Positions 24,201 to 36,697 of a DNA stretch of 64,000 nucleotides are shown here, piece by piece. A program made the translations under genes and the position numbers. Position 1 is the first letter of the stretch; each line of letters opens with the position of its first letter. The notes under the pieces were generated by a model, which searched no databases, was not told where the DNA came from, and saw only the letters and a list, made by a program, of their open reading frames with translations. This stretch comes from Azolla caroliniana (lineage: Eukaryota; Plantae; Polypodiophyta): the NCBI GenBank assembly GCA_043228905.1, contig JBHGNT010000011.1:9672001-9736000 (forward strand), read 5' to 3'.

Positions 24201-24700
24201 CTTGAGGGGGAGCGTTACAAAGTACCATCTAAGCTAAAAACAGTCAAATATTAAATTGTATAATATTTAAGTATTTAAATATTAAATGCTATAACAGTCT
24301 CTGACGCAATAGTTTCTAAAAATAGACACCACTACTTGTATAAAAAAAATCAGGTAATTCCCAATGTGAAGTTATAAAGGTAGTTTTTCATTTTCCATTC
24401 GATTTAAGAGTGGGAAATTGTTCATAAGAAACAAAAGATGCCAAAGATTAAGCTATAAGAAATTTAGCTTCGTAAAGGATATAATAGAACTATCTACCTT
24501 TACATATTTGCTAATAAGTTTCTTGATTTTGAATGAGTCACAAAACAAAATGACTTATTGACATTCATATTTTAGACAAGTAACAACTCAACAGCCCCAC
24601 AGTGACACCAACCCATGGTGTTTAGTTGCTTTCTATTTGAATACTAAGATGGAATCAGAGTAGGTTCTGCGTATCACCGAGATCATTTGTACTTGGCAAG

Positions 24701-27700
24701 TATTACAGAGCACTGGAAAGAGAGAAAAAGAATTCTAGAAAAGAGGTATTTAGTTCAATAAGAAGAAATGAGCATTTACTATATTATAGAGAAGATATTA
24801 CATTGGGGGTATCCCCCTAATTTCCCAAAAATCAGCCCCCCTTCTCTATGCACACAACTTCCTTAAATACCCCTGGACTCAACTACTTCACCACCAATTT
24901 CTCTAATTACTTGACAATTAATTCCTCTAGTTACTTGACCACTAATTTCTCTAGTTGATCCCTCCTCTAATTTCTCTACTTCTAACTACTCCATAACATA
25001 ACACTCTCCCACGAGGTGAAGAGTTTCTCCCTCGAAACTAAAACACTAGTACAATAACATGACTTGTTAAGTCCATAAGTAAATGAAAGGAATGAAGGAC
25101 AATGGCAAAGGTGGTCTTACCATACTAATACAGTAGGTAGTGTCTAAAACCTTACCATTGTAGCACTAATTAGAGCTAGGGTACCCGAACAAGAATGAGG
25201 GATCCGAATGAAACAAACTTTCTTCAAAGATCCATGTGGCTTCCGAAAGTGGTCGCCCTTTCCACTTGATCAAAAATTTCGTGTTTCCATTGCGCACTTG
25301 TTGTTTTAAGATTGCTTCAGGTTTTTCAGCTTCCTCACTTAGATTAATCTTCTGACTCCAATGTTTATCTACATGAAATCTTTTAAGCAAACTTACATGA
25401 AATGTATCATGCACCTTGACAGAACTAGGTAATTTGAGCTTGTAAGTGACTCCATTAAAACTTTGTAGCACTTCATATGGCCCATAATAACGATGGTTAA
25501 ATTTAGGTGAGAGTCCTCCAGGTAAAGGCCAATGAACGGCACTAACAAGGACCAAGTCGCCTTTGAAAAATTCGATGTGTTGCCGTTTTTTGTTAGCTGT
25601 CCGAACCATTCATTCCTTTGATTGTGGCAATCCTTGTTGTGCAACCCACATTGTTGCTTAACAATCTGCTAGAAAAATATCGACATCAGGCTCTTTAGTT
25701 TAATCTCGAACAACATGAGAGACCAAAGCCAATGGAGTAAGAACTTGCTTCCCTGTAGCTACTTCAAAAGGAGAAAAACCAGTGGTAGAATGTTTAGAGT
25801 TATAACAAAATTCCAGCATATCGATATGATCCGCCCAATCTTTTTGATCCGCCTACACATAACAACGAATGTAGTCTTCAAGACTCTGATTTACCCTTTC
25901 AGTTTGGCCATCAGTTTGGGGATGAGCCGTCGAAGACATTCGAAGTTGTGTGTCCAACAATTTGAATAGTTCTTGCCAAAATCGACTAGTAAAACGCGGA
26001 TCCCTATCTAATACGATGGCTGGAGGCATGCCATGATATTTAAAGTTATGTTTGAAGAACAATTTGGCTACCTAGAGAGCTGTGAGGGGTGGTTTAGTTG
26101 GTACAAAGTGAGGTTGTTTAGAGAAATAGTCGATGACCACCATGATCGCATTATAACCTCTTGACATGGGCAAGTCCACTATGAAATCCATACTCACCAC
26201 ATCCCATGGTTGAGCGGGTATTGGCATGGGTTGTAGCAATCCAAATGGTCGTCCACGTCGAGCTTTGACTTGTTGGCATGTCACACAAGATTGGACGTAG
26301 TCTTTTACATCCAACTCCATATGGGGCCAGAAAAAATGTTGTTGGATGTTGGTGAGTGTCCGATGAATACCACCATGCCCATGTACCATTAATAGACCTT
26401 GTTGCATTCTTAGTGACCCATGGACCGCACGTTGCATTTCCATATCGGAAATCAATTGTTGCGTGTAAGGATCATGTTGTTGAGCTGTTCGAATGTCTTG
26501 TAGCAAAGAAGAATTAGAGATTACCGAAATGGTACAAGCATGAGGCATTCGACTTAAAACGTCTGGCATAATATTAAGAGCACCACTTTTATGGTTGATG
26601 CAGAAATCAAATTCTGCCAAAAAATCTTGCCAACAAGCTTGTTTAGGGGACAACTTCGGTTGGGACTGAAAATACTGCAAGGATATGTTATCAGTGAATA
26701 CTTTAGGAAACTTATCTTGGACATAATGACGTCATTTGTGTAAGGCATAGACGATGGCAAGCATTTCTTTTTCATGAGTAGGCCACCTAACTTCAATATC
26801 TGAAAATTTCTTGGATTCATAAGCAACTGGATGTCCATCCTGTATCAACACAGCACCATAAGCCACATCAGAAGCATCTGTATGCATTTCAAATGGTTTA
26901 GTAAAATCTGGTAACTTAAGCACTGGTTGGGAACACACTGCTTCTTTGAGTTTTTCGAAAGCATCTTGTTCTAGTGTTTTCCATTTAAAACTTGTTTTAG
27001 CTTTAGTTAGGTTAGTTAGGGGGGTTGCAATCGCACTAAAATGCTTGATGAATTTACGCACATATTGCACGAAACCTACAAATTGTTGGACTTCTATGGT
27101 TTTAGTCGAGATTGGCCATCTTCGAACAACATCCACTTTGCTTGTATCCATGTGAAGGCCATGTTTCCCTACCCAGAAACCTAAGAAGTTAATATCTTGT
27201 ACTGCAAACTCACATTTTTCGGGGTTAGCATACAATTTGTTTTCTCGCAGTATATGTAACACCTTCTTAACATGTAACACGTCCTCTTCCAATGTTTTGC
27301 TATAGATGAGCAAATCATCTATGTATACGATGACAAACTCATCAAGAAAGGCACGAAATAGATCATTGCCCAAGAGGCTAAATGTTCCTGGTGCACCAGT
27401 GAGCCCAAAACTCATAACCAGCCATTCATAACTGCCATACCTTGTCCAAAAAGCTGTTTTCTCAATGTCACCTTCAACAACTCGGATTTGGTGGTATCCC
27501 GACCTCAAGTCGATGCGAGTAAAAAATTGTGCCCATGCCAATTGATCTAGTAAATCATCAATGACTAGCAATGGATATTTACCTTTGATAGTTATCTTGT
27601 TGAGTGCTCAATACTCCATACAAATTCGCATTGTTCCATCCTTCTTTGCAACAAATATAACGGGTGCCCCGTATGGCGAATTGCTCAGGCGGATGAAACC

Positions 27701-29996
27701 AGATGTCTCCAGCTTGATCAATTGCTTCTTTAATTCTACTAATTGAGTTGCATTCAACTTGTATGGAGCTTTAGATGGTGGTGTGCTTCCCGGTAGTATG
27801 TTGATTTTGTGATCAATGGCTCTTTTAGGGGGTAGTCCAAGAGGTAACCTGGTTGTTAGCACATCATTAAATTCAGTTATTAGGTGTTGAATTACTGGAT
27901 TACTTTTGTGTCCTTCCAATGTTGTATTTTCTTGATGGTGGACAATGGTTGTACATAAAAATAATTGCCTTCCTTTTTTAAGTGAACGATTAGCCACTTT
28001 GACGCTACATAATGCTACAGGAGGACTAGATTGCTTACTTGATTGCACTTGCTTATTTGTTGAGCGATGAAGACTTACCGCCACCCCATTGTGTCCATCC
28101 AAATTGTCCAATAATACTTTGTCTATTCTCCTTCCGAAATGTGCGATAAGATACTTATTTGCCCAATCCAGTCCTAATATGACATCAAATCCTGTCATTG
28201 GAACTACTAGAAAATTTACCTTTCCTTTCCATGCTTACGCTTCCATAGGAATATCCAATGCTAGGGATTCAATATTGGTTGAGCCTTGCACAAAGCTTAT
28301 GGATATGTCCCTTAATGGCATAGGTTTCAATCCGAATTTAGTGACGCACTCAGGAGTGATAAAGTTATGTGTTGCTCCACTATCAATCATAGCATTGCAA
28401 GCATGACCATTGATCTTGGCTGCCAAGTACAAATGATCAATGTGAGAGACACCCACAGAAAAACAAAGGGGGTTTACCTTTGTTGCTCCTACCGTGACCT
28501 CCATTAACCCATCCTCCACCTCATCAAGAATGTCAAGAGGTTCATAGTTGTTGTTGTCCAATCCCTCCTCAAGATCCCTAACATTGGCTTGGGCCACCAC
28601 GACTTTTGGTGATTTCCTTCGGGGACATTCAGATGCTAAGTGTGGACCGCCACATTCAAAACAGCCCCTTCGAAGGTTTGGGAGCCTTTCCCCATTAGAT
28701 GTGGATGCCATGCTTTTTCGTGCTCCATTATTACCCCCCAATTATCTTGGGACATAGCAGGTGATTTGTTGAAGACTCTTTACCCTTGACTACTAAAATC
28801 GCGTCTCATAGGGAAGTTGATGGACGATTTCATGGCTTGAAATGGTTGTTGAAGCTCTTCAAAATCACCAATTCGTTCAGCTAGTTGAACCACCATCTCC
28901 AAATTCATCGGTTGGTGCTTTTCAATCTCCATCCTGATTTTGGATCTTAAACCAAACAAAAAACCATGAATTTTAGTCACTTCATGAAAATGCAGGAGTT
29001 GAAGCATGAGTTGTCTATACTTGTCGACATAAGTCGACAAACTCCCCTCTCCTTGCCTTAATTTCCTCCATTCATCCATCAAACGAGTTGTTTCATTTGG
29101 TGGGATAAAATATTTCCGCATTCAAGTTGTGAAGGCTTGTCATCCCATGAACTGGTATGTGTTCTCTCCGACCAGATACCAATTTAAGGCCGTCCCTTCT
29201 AAAAAGTTTGTTGCAGATATGGTCCACTGGTTTTGAGATATACCAATTTGCCGAAGAAAGTGTTCTACCTCATGAACCCACCTATTCAAGGCTAGTGATT
29301 TTCGTTCGCCTGAATACATCCGAGGTTTGATTGGTGTGAACCTTCCGCCTCCCACTTCTATGCCCCTATTTGCATTTTTGAGAACGAGATCCACTAAAAT
29401 TTCTCATTGATCCTTCAGTGGGGCTTGGTTGTGGCCAACATCCGTCTCCACGAGTCTTCTAGTTGTCTATTCTCGTGACTCTTGCCCTTCTACTTCCAAC
29501 GCTTCATGGAGAGATCCGAATTCGATCCACGCCACTTCTTCCAAATCATGTGAGGTTTGCCCTCTTGGTTGTTCCATTTGATCAATACTATGCTCTAATA
29601 TTTCTCTTGATTCAAATTCATCCACAATTTCCATATTTCCCCTTCGTCAAAGAGGGTGTGGTTCCCTATCCATTCTCCTTCTATTATTCAACATATTTTC
29701 AGAAATTTCTTACCTGAGGGTATGGCCGGTCGAGTAGGAATGTTGTCGATCGACACTTCTTATTCGATTAGCCGTATTTCTTGTGGCTATGATAGGATGT
29801 TCAACTCAACTGTTGCAGACAGAAAAAATAGAAGAAAAACAAATTCAGCCACCAATGTAGCCTCCACTCAATTTCTAACCACCACTTCCACTCTTGGCCG
29901 CCACGATTCAAGTTGTTGTTTGCTTCTCTCCTGGTTCCTAGATCTTTCCACGCATCTACACCTTCTTGGTGATACGCAGAACCTGCTCTGATACCA
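24701..29996 (-). mobile_element. Gypsy chromovirus, only one LTR visible (24701-25003), decayed gag-pol
   Basis: PBS gctctgatacca at 29985-29996; gag with CFECGGPHLASEC; protease IDSGATHNF; RT YIDDLLI; RH TDASDVA; integrase MDFIVDLP..QTDGQTER; chromodomain FLIKWKGRPLSEATW (within ORF 25166-25609); PPT next to the LTR at ~25004-25012. Confidence 0.93.
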
Positions 29997-30270
29997 ACAT
30001 TCTTGTATTCTCAAATTGGATGAGACATCCGAGAACGAACATATTTTTTGTTTCTCTTCTCACTTTATCCCATAGACTTGTCTCTTCACTAGAATAGTCC
30101 AGACAAATTGTTCTTCCTATCAAAGACTTGCTCTTCTTATTCGTCTTTGAGACCACCCATGATGAGAAGACAATGAAAATAAATCCTATTCCAATGCAGA
30201 TCAATATCCATAACCGCAAACCGAATACTATGGTTTTCTTTGAAAGGGCATTGTCTAGATCAATATCCAT
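29997..30270 (-). pseudogene. N-terminal fragment of a membrane-anchored receptor-like kinase (RLCK-V-like), cut by the chromovirus
   Basis: LSKKTIVFGLRLWILICIGIGFIFIVF resembles the LSKxTxIFGLxLWxxIGI N-terminal TM motif of this kinase group. No kinase domain follows. Confidence 0.5.
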
Positions 30271-31420
30271 TCAGACCATAAATCCTAGAGTTCTCTATTT
30301 CAGAAAAATCATAAAAGAGTACGAAACTTACTGGAGAATTGAAAAGGATCAAATTTGTATCCTGAACATTGACGCCTTGAATCCGTAGAAATACATATTA
30401 AGAAAACCTTCAAATCCCTAAAAATCCATATTCGGAACAACCAAAACCTTAGAATCCTATATGCAGAAAATCAATGTAGGCCACATTCAGAACATAAAAA
30501 AGCTCGTAATCAAGAAGCCCCTCAAAACCCTAAAAGCCCCGCATTCCGGAAACTCTAAAAATCTAACATTTTAGAAAAAAAAAATCCCATCAAAAGTCCA
30601 CATTCAAAAAAACCCATCAAAACGCTTAAACTTCCTAAAGAACCCGTAGTCAAAAAACCATCAAAACATTCAATCACTCGTATTATTACTCCAGCCAAGC
30701 TGCTTCTTTTTCTTTGACATAGCCTACCTTTCTGTAGCAACCGGAAGCAATACATATATGTATGTTGATATGTCGATTAGTTTTTGTCAGCAATCTTCAC
30801 CTTCAGGTTTTACCGGTTATCTGATTCAGTGTTTTCAAAGAGAGAGAGAGAGAGAGAGAGAGTTGCGTGCAAAAACGAAACAAACTGACATAGAAGAAAC
30901 AATGAAGTAGAGGACTGTGAATTGGGATTAGAATAGAAGGTGGATAGTTTAATCTTCTTTTTTTGTGATTGTCTAAATTTGGAGGACACTCACACAAAAG
31001 CTAATTCCTTCCTTCCTTCCTTCCTTCCTTCCTTCCTTCATTCATTCATTCATTGTATGTATGTCCAAACCTATTCTATACATATGCCCTTGTCCACCAC
31101 CACAATAAGTTGTCGAAGGTTGATTGATTTGGATATATATATATACTTGTATGTCAAGAGCTCTAATGTGTGACTACAACATCTTACACAAACAAGACTC
31201 GACCTTTATACGATGCAATCTTGATGCCTATTACAATTACCAATAGAGATTTCTTTCGTATGAGCCTTACCGTTCATCTTTCTGCAAAGGTCGACGAGGA
31301 CTAGTGTGGGAGAAGCTCATATTTCCTTAGCACATCAACTTATAATTGGAAATAGGAACATTGTGTCATGTGTGATGTACCATGTGACATTGAAGGCAAG
31401 GAATAATGAATAGATAAACC

Positions 31421-31455
<35 letters not shown>

Positions 31456-32202
31456 AGTGCAATTGGATGCAGGTCTTTGTGGAACCTTTGGTGGTGGTGA
31501 GGATAGTTCCCACTTTGTTCGTGCTCTTTTGGGCTCTCTAAAAATTAAGTGTGGCATTGTTGATGTTATTCACCTAAGCATGGACAAGGATAAAGGAAGA
31601 GGAGGATTCCATCTCCTTTTCACAAATCTCATTGATCTCCACACACGTTGCTCACACTCTTTCAATCGAATTCAAAAACATAAATGTCTTGATTCTTTGA
31701 TGAACTTGATTGCCTTATTTGTTTCAATGGTTGGAAAATCAAATTATGACTTCTGGAATGGAATATTGACTTGTGAGCCCTGGAAATGGGAATACCAATG
31801 TACGGCAACCTCATGTATTGTTTATTTTCATTTATCATCTTTCAAAGATTGTAATATTGATGGCTCCATATAGTGCAACATATGGATATCTTTCAATACA
31901 CCCATTGGTTCACTTTGTGAAACTGCAAGTGAGTTGACTGGTATCGATCACAATGAAGAATTAACCTAGAACACTAGTTTTACATATAAGATATTCATCA
32001 TTTTGAATCCAAAACACGTTGCAAAACGCCTTCAACATAGGCTTGTGTCTCCATTAAATTATGCACCTACCTTGATGAGAAAAAATGAATGCCTATGGAT
32101 GGGCACGTATAGGCATATGATGCCACAAGCTACATAAATTGTTGCATAATGTCTATTAGAAATTTAATTATACTGCAAGTAGACACGGAATCTAGGTAAT
32201 AT

Positions 32203-33038
32203 AGGTTGCTCAGCTCCTGTCGGAGTTGAAGCTTCTTGGTTGTAGTGCTTGTGGCGAAAATCTTCTTCTGATTTCCCCAAGCATCTTTCGGCGTTTTTGC
32301 ATCCCGAATGTAGCTTAGGAGTTGTTTGCCCACACAAGACACGAAGCAGTACAATACTCTGCTCGCCAATTGTTCCCACACCGGGAAATCTCTGTGTGTC
32401 GATTCGGATGTTGTGTCATTTGCTCCGTCGACATAGCTCCAATAACCGTGCCCGAGCAAGTACTGGTGCATCTTGTAGGACCAAGACGTGTAGTTGTTTC
32501 TGTCGAGCTTCTCTATCAGAAGCGAGCTAGCCATGCCTCTCTATCCATCGGTTTTACCTGTTCTTCTTGGTTGGTTTTCCTTTCAAGCTATGTCGGCTGC
32601 AAAGGTTCTCAACCCTCAAGCTCTGATACCATGAAAAGAATAGCATGTGGAAGCAATAGAAAAACGAACACAAAAAAATACGCAAGTTTAATGGAGAGCT
32701 TGAATATACACGGTACGTGGGAGAGACAAAGAGAGAGAGAGAGAGAACACACAGAACTCAATTCAAAATAATACTCAATATGTACATCGTATGTGTTCAG
32801 TGAACACTTTTATACAAGTCCATACGGACTAACAGAAGTACGGTGTACTTCAATGCTCACACAAGCGTCTAACACTAACTATGAGACATTAACTACCTAG
32901 TAGTCTAGGCTGCTACTAGGCTTCCGGTTACTGATGGATCCGGCTAACCGGCTCCCCAGCTCATTGGCTCACTTGCTCACCGATCCGGCTCATCCTTCCG
33001 GATGCCGATCCGGATCCGGTTGAGCTTGCCGCTCAACA
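32203..33038 (-). mobile_element. Truncated Copia (5' LTR 32632-33038, PBS, gag start), same family as 6541-12192
   Basis: The gag MASSLLIEKLDRNNYTSWSYKMHQYLLGHGYW is near-identical to the ORF at 6988. PBS at 32620-32631; LTR starts tgttgagcggcaagctcaac. Confidence 0.9.
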
Positions 33039-35016
33039 TTATACATATACAACAATATGACAACGCACACTACTGTGATTGCGCTATTTCATATTTATAC
33101 TCATATGAACTTAGAGCTATTTACAAATATAGCCTCAATAGGCTTACTCAAAACATATTTACAAATATGTCTGTCTTCCGGTTCTCACCGGGTCCATCCG
33201 ATCCGGTTCTCACCGGGTCCTCTTCATTCATAACCGGATCCCATCCTGAGGGACCCAATTCCCAACAATCTCCCCCTTCACTCCGGCATGGGATGTCTCG
33301 TCATCCCGATCCGCTTTCGGCACGTGTCCAGCTTGTCAGTTATCAACACCTTGGTCAGCATATCTGACCCGTTCTCCTCCATGTGGATCTTTGTCAGCAC
33401 GAACTCTTGATCTTCTACTCTCTCTCGGATCCAATGGTACCTCCGCTGGATATGTTTCGTCTGGGAATGGTAGGTCGTGTTCCTCGCAAGGTGGATGGCA
33501 CTTCAACTGTCGCAATAGAGCCGGCATTCCTCCTGTTGGATCCCTAGCTCTCCGATGAAGTCTTTCATCCAGATTATCTCCTTGCTGGCTTCCACAATTT
33601 CCATGTACTCTGCCTCCGTGGTTGACAACGCAACCGTCTTCTGCAACCTCGACTACCACGAAACAGCTCCCCCTACATAAGTCATGACATATCCAGATGT
33701 AGACTAGCTGGTATCCGCATCAGCCGACATATCTGAATCGGTGAAACCTTCCAAGAGGAGTTTACCGGAGCCAAATCGGAGGCACATACTCGAGGTGCCT
33801 TTCAAATACCGGATTATCCACTTTACCGCGTTCCAGTGCTCTCTTCCGGGATTGCTCATGAGCCGGCTCACTACTCCGACTGCATATCCGATATCCGGTC
33901 GGGTACATACCATCGCGTACATCAGGCTTCCAACAGCAGAGGCATATGTTATCTTCATCATATCCGTCTTCTCCGCCTTTGTCCTCGGGCTTTGTTTTCC
34001 GGATAGCTTGCAGTTTGCCGAAAGTGCCGCTCTGACTGGTTTCGCCTCCGACATGTTGAACCATTGAAGCACCTTTGTCACGTACTTTTCCTGTGACAAC
34101 CACAACAGCTTCTTCAACCGGTCCCGGATGATGTGCATTCCCAATATCTATCTTCTTGGACTCAACTCTTTCATTGAGAAGGTCCAGTTCAGAGCCTTCT
34201 TTAGCATCCGAATCTTGTCTTGGTCTCGTCCGACGATCAGCATATCATCCACATACATGAAGAGTATTAGGAAATCTCCTCCGTCAAATTTCTTCACAAA
34301 CACGAAGTGATCGGCCTGCATCTTGTGGTACCCTTGGTCGGTCAGGAAGGAGTCGAACTTCGGGTACCATTGTCGGGGAGCTTGTTGCAGTCCGTATAAG
34401 CTCTTCTTCAACCGACACACCAAATGCTCATTCCCTTTCTTCACAAATCCTTTTGGCTGCTGCATGTAGATCTCCTTTTCGAGGTCACCATGGAGGAACG
34501 TCGTCTTTACATCTAGTTGCTCTACCTCGAGGTTCATGCTTTCCGCTATGCTCAACACCGTTTGGATGGAAGTCATCTTAACTACCAGGGCAAAGATCTC
34601 ATCGAAGTCCACTCCTTTCTTCTACTAGAACCCCTTCACCATGATCCGGGCTTTGTATTTCAATGGGTTTCTGGCATCTCCCGGTTTTAGCTTGTACACC
34701 CATTTGTTCTAGAGTGCCCTCTTTCCTTTCGGCAACTCCGTCAATTCATACGTGTGGTTCTCATGTTGGGAATTCATCTCGTCCTGCATGGCACTCAAAC
34801 ACTTGCGGCTATGGGTGTCTTTCTTTGCTTCTTCGAAGCTTTTCGACTCCCCCTCATTGGTTAGCAATACATGCTCTACATTCGGAAATCTCCTGGGGGC
34901 TCTTCTCTCTCAGAGAGGATATCTCTGTCCTTGGTTTCTGACTACCAGTTCCTCCATTTGTTCCGAGTCCAAGTCCAATTGGGGATCTTGTTCGGTTCCG
35001 ATGTCTTCTTCTTCTT

Positions 35017-35047
<31 letters not shown>

Positions 35048-36697
35048 GTCGGTTCGGTTTCTGGTCCGAATCCGGCCGGTTCGTCGAGTGTCATCCGGTT
35101 TTCAACCAGGTAAGTCCTTGTGCCCTCAAGCTGGTTTTCATTGGATGATCCGGAGTTCATCACCTTCTTCTCCAACTCCCAGTCGGCAATGGTCCTGTCT
35201 TCCATGAAGACTATGTTCCGACTCCGGAACACCTTCTTGTCGACCAGATCCCACACCCGGTAACCGAACTCATCATCACTGTATCCAAGGAATATGCATG
35301 GCCTAGACTTCAAATCCAGATTTGCTCTCTTGTCCTTTGCAACATGCACATAGGCGAGACACCTGAACACCTTCAGATGCTGGTAAGACATGTCCTTACT
35401 GGTCCATACTCTCTATGGTGTGTCTCCATCCAAGGGTACTGAGGGTGATCTGTTTATCACGTAAGTCGCCATCATCAGCGCCTCAGCCCAAAATGTCTTG
35501 GGTACCTTTGCATGTGCAAGCATGCTCCGGACTCTCTCCATTACGGTCCAGTTCATCCTTTCGGTCAGCCCGTTTAGTTATGGCGTCTTCGGCATGGAAA
35601 ATTCGAGCCGGATTCGCTTCGACCAGTAGTGCTCCTCGAACTGCCCCCGGTATTCTCCTCCGTTGTCCGCTCAAACCGCCTTCAGCGTTTGGCCGGTTTC
35701 TGTTTCCACTCTTCCGTGGAGCTCCTCGAAGACGGATAGCACTTGATCCTTTTTCTTCAGCGGTGAGACCCACAGCTTCCGGTTGTGGTCATCTATGAAC
35801 GTCACGAAGTACTGCAATCCGGCATGTGACTTCGTGTCCACTTGACACACATCGGTATGCACCAGCTCCAGTGGTGCATTCCGTCTCATCGGTGGTCTTG
35901 ACCGAAAGGAGGTTCGGTTTTGCTTGCCGACCAAGCAATCAACAATTGGAACGATGCTCCAAAATCAACAACCCACGTTGTATCGTCGCGGATAAGGTTT
36001 AACTCATTCTCCTCAGTAATGAGCATCAGTTCTTCTCCGCTTGTCGTTATTGCCATCATTCCTTTTCGATCCGGACCTCTCTGGTTCGAAGCGTTCCACT
36101 CTAAACCCTTCTTCGAATCGGCACTATCGGTTCCTTTCTCTTTCCGGACAGTTCTTCTAGAAGTGCCCCGACTTCCCACAGTAGAAGCAAGTAGGCCTCC
36201 CCCTTGACTTCGACCTCGGGGTTGAAGATTAGTACACGTACACACACGAACAATAGAGAGTACACAGGATGTTTATGTGCAAAACCCTAATAGGGAAAAA
36301 CCACGGGAGCCCACAGACTCCAAACTATCACTATATAAGAAAGGTACAATCAGAGACTCAGAGGCAACGACCTTGAGCTCTGTATCTTCGCCAAACGGCT
36401 GTTACAACAAAGTAACACTCTGTATCTCTCTCTCTCTCTCTATACAACAGTTATACACATACAACAATATGACAACGCACACTATTGTGATTGCCCTAGT
36501 TCATATTTATACTCATATGAACTTAGGGCTATTTACAAATATAGCCTAAATAGGCTTACTCAAAACATATTTACAAATATGTCTGTCTTCCGGTTCTCAT
36601 TGGGTCCATCCGATCCGGTTTCTGGATCTCTTCCGGTTCTCACCGGGTCCTCTTCATTCATAATCGGATCTCATCCGGAGGGACCGACTTCCCAACA
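33039..36697 (-). mobile_element. Copia (Tnt1-like pol) with internal deletions; 5' LTR 36223-36697, partial 3' LTR 33039-33267
   Basis: Matching LTR segments both end ..ttcccaaca, with a PPT at 33268-33280. Motifs: RT MYVDDML, RH FTDSDM, integrase HTDVC..FIDD. The PBS and most of gag are absent, and a (TTC)n expansion lies at ~35005-35046. Confidence 0.9.

Noticed and set aside
24203-24650. PPT-like gagggggag followed by a possible LTR
   Set aside because: Orientation is opposite to the adjacent Copia fragments, and no partner LTR or TSD was found.
31457-32130. Possible transposase remnant
   Set aside because: No motif could be identified with confidence.
34942-35391. Poly-Lys protein
   Set aside because: A (TTC)n microsatellite inside frameshifted Copia pol, not a separate gene.
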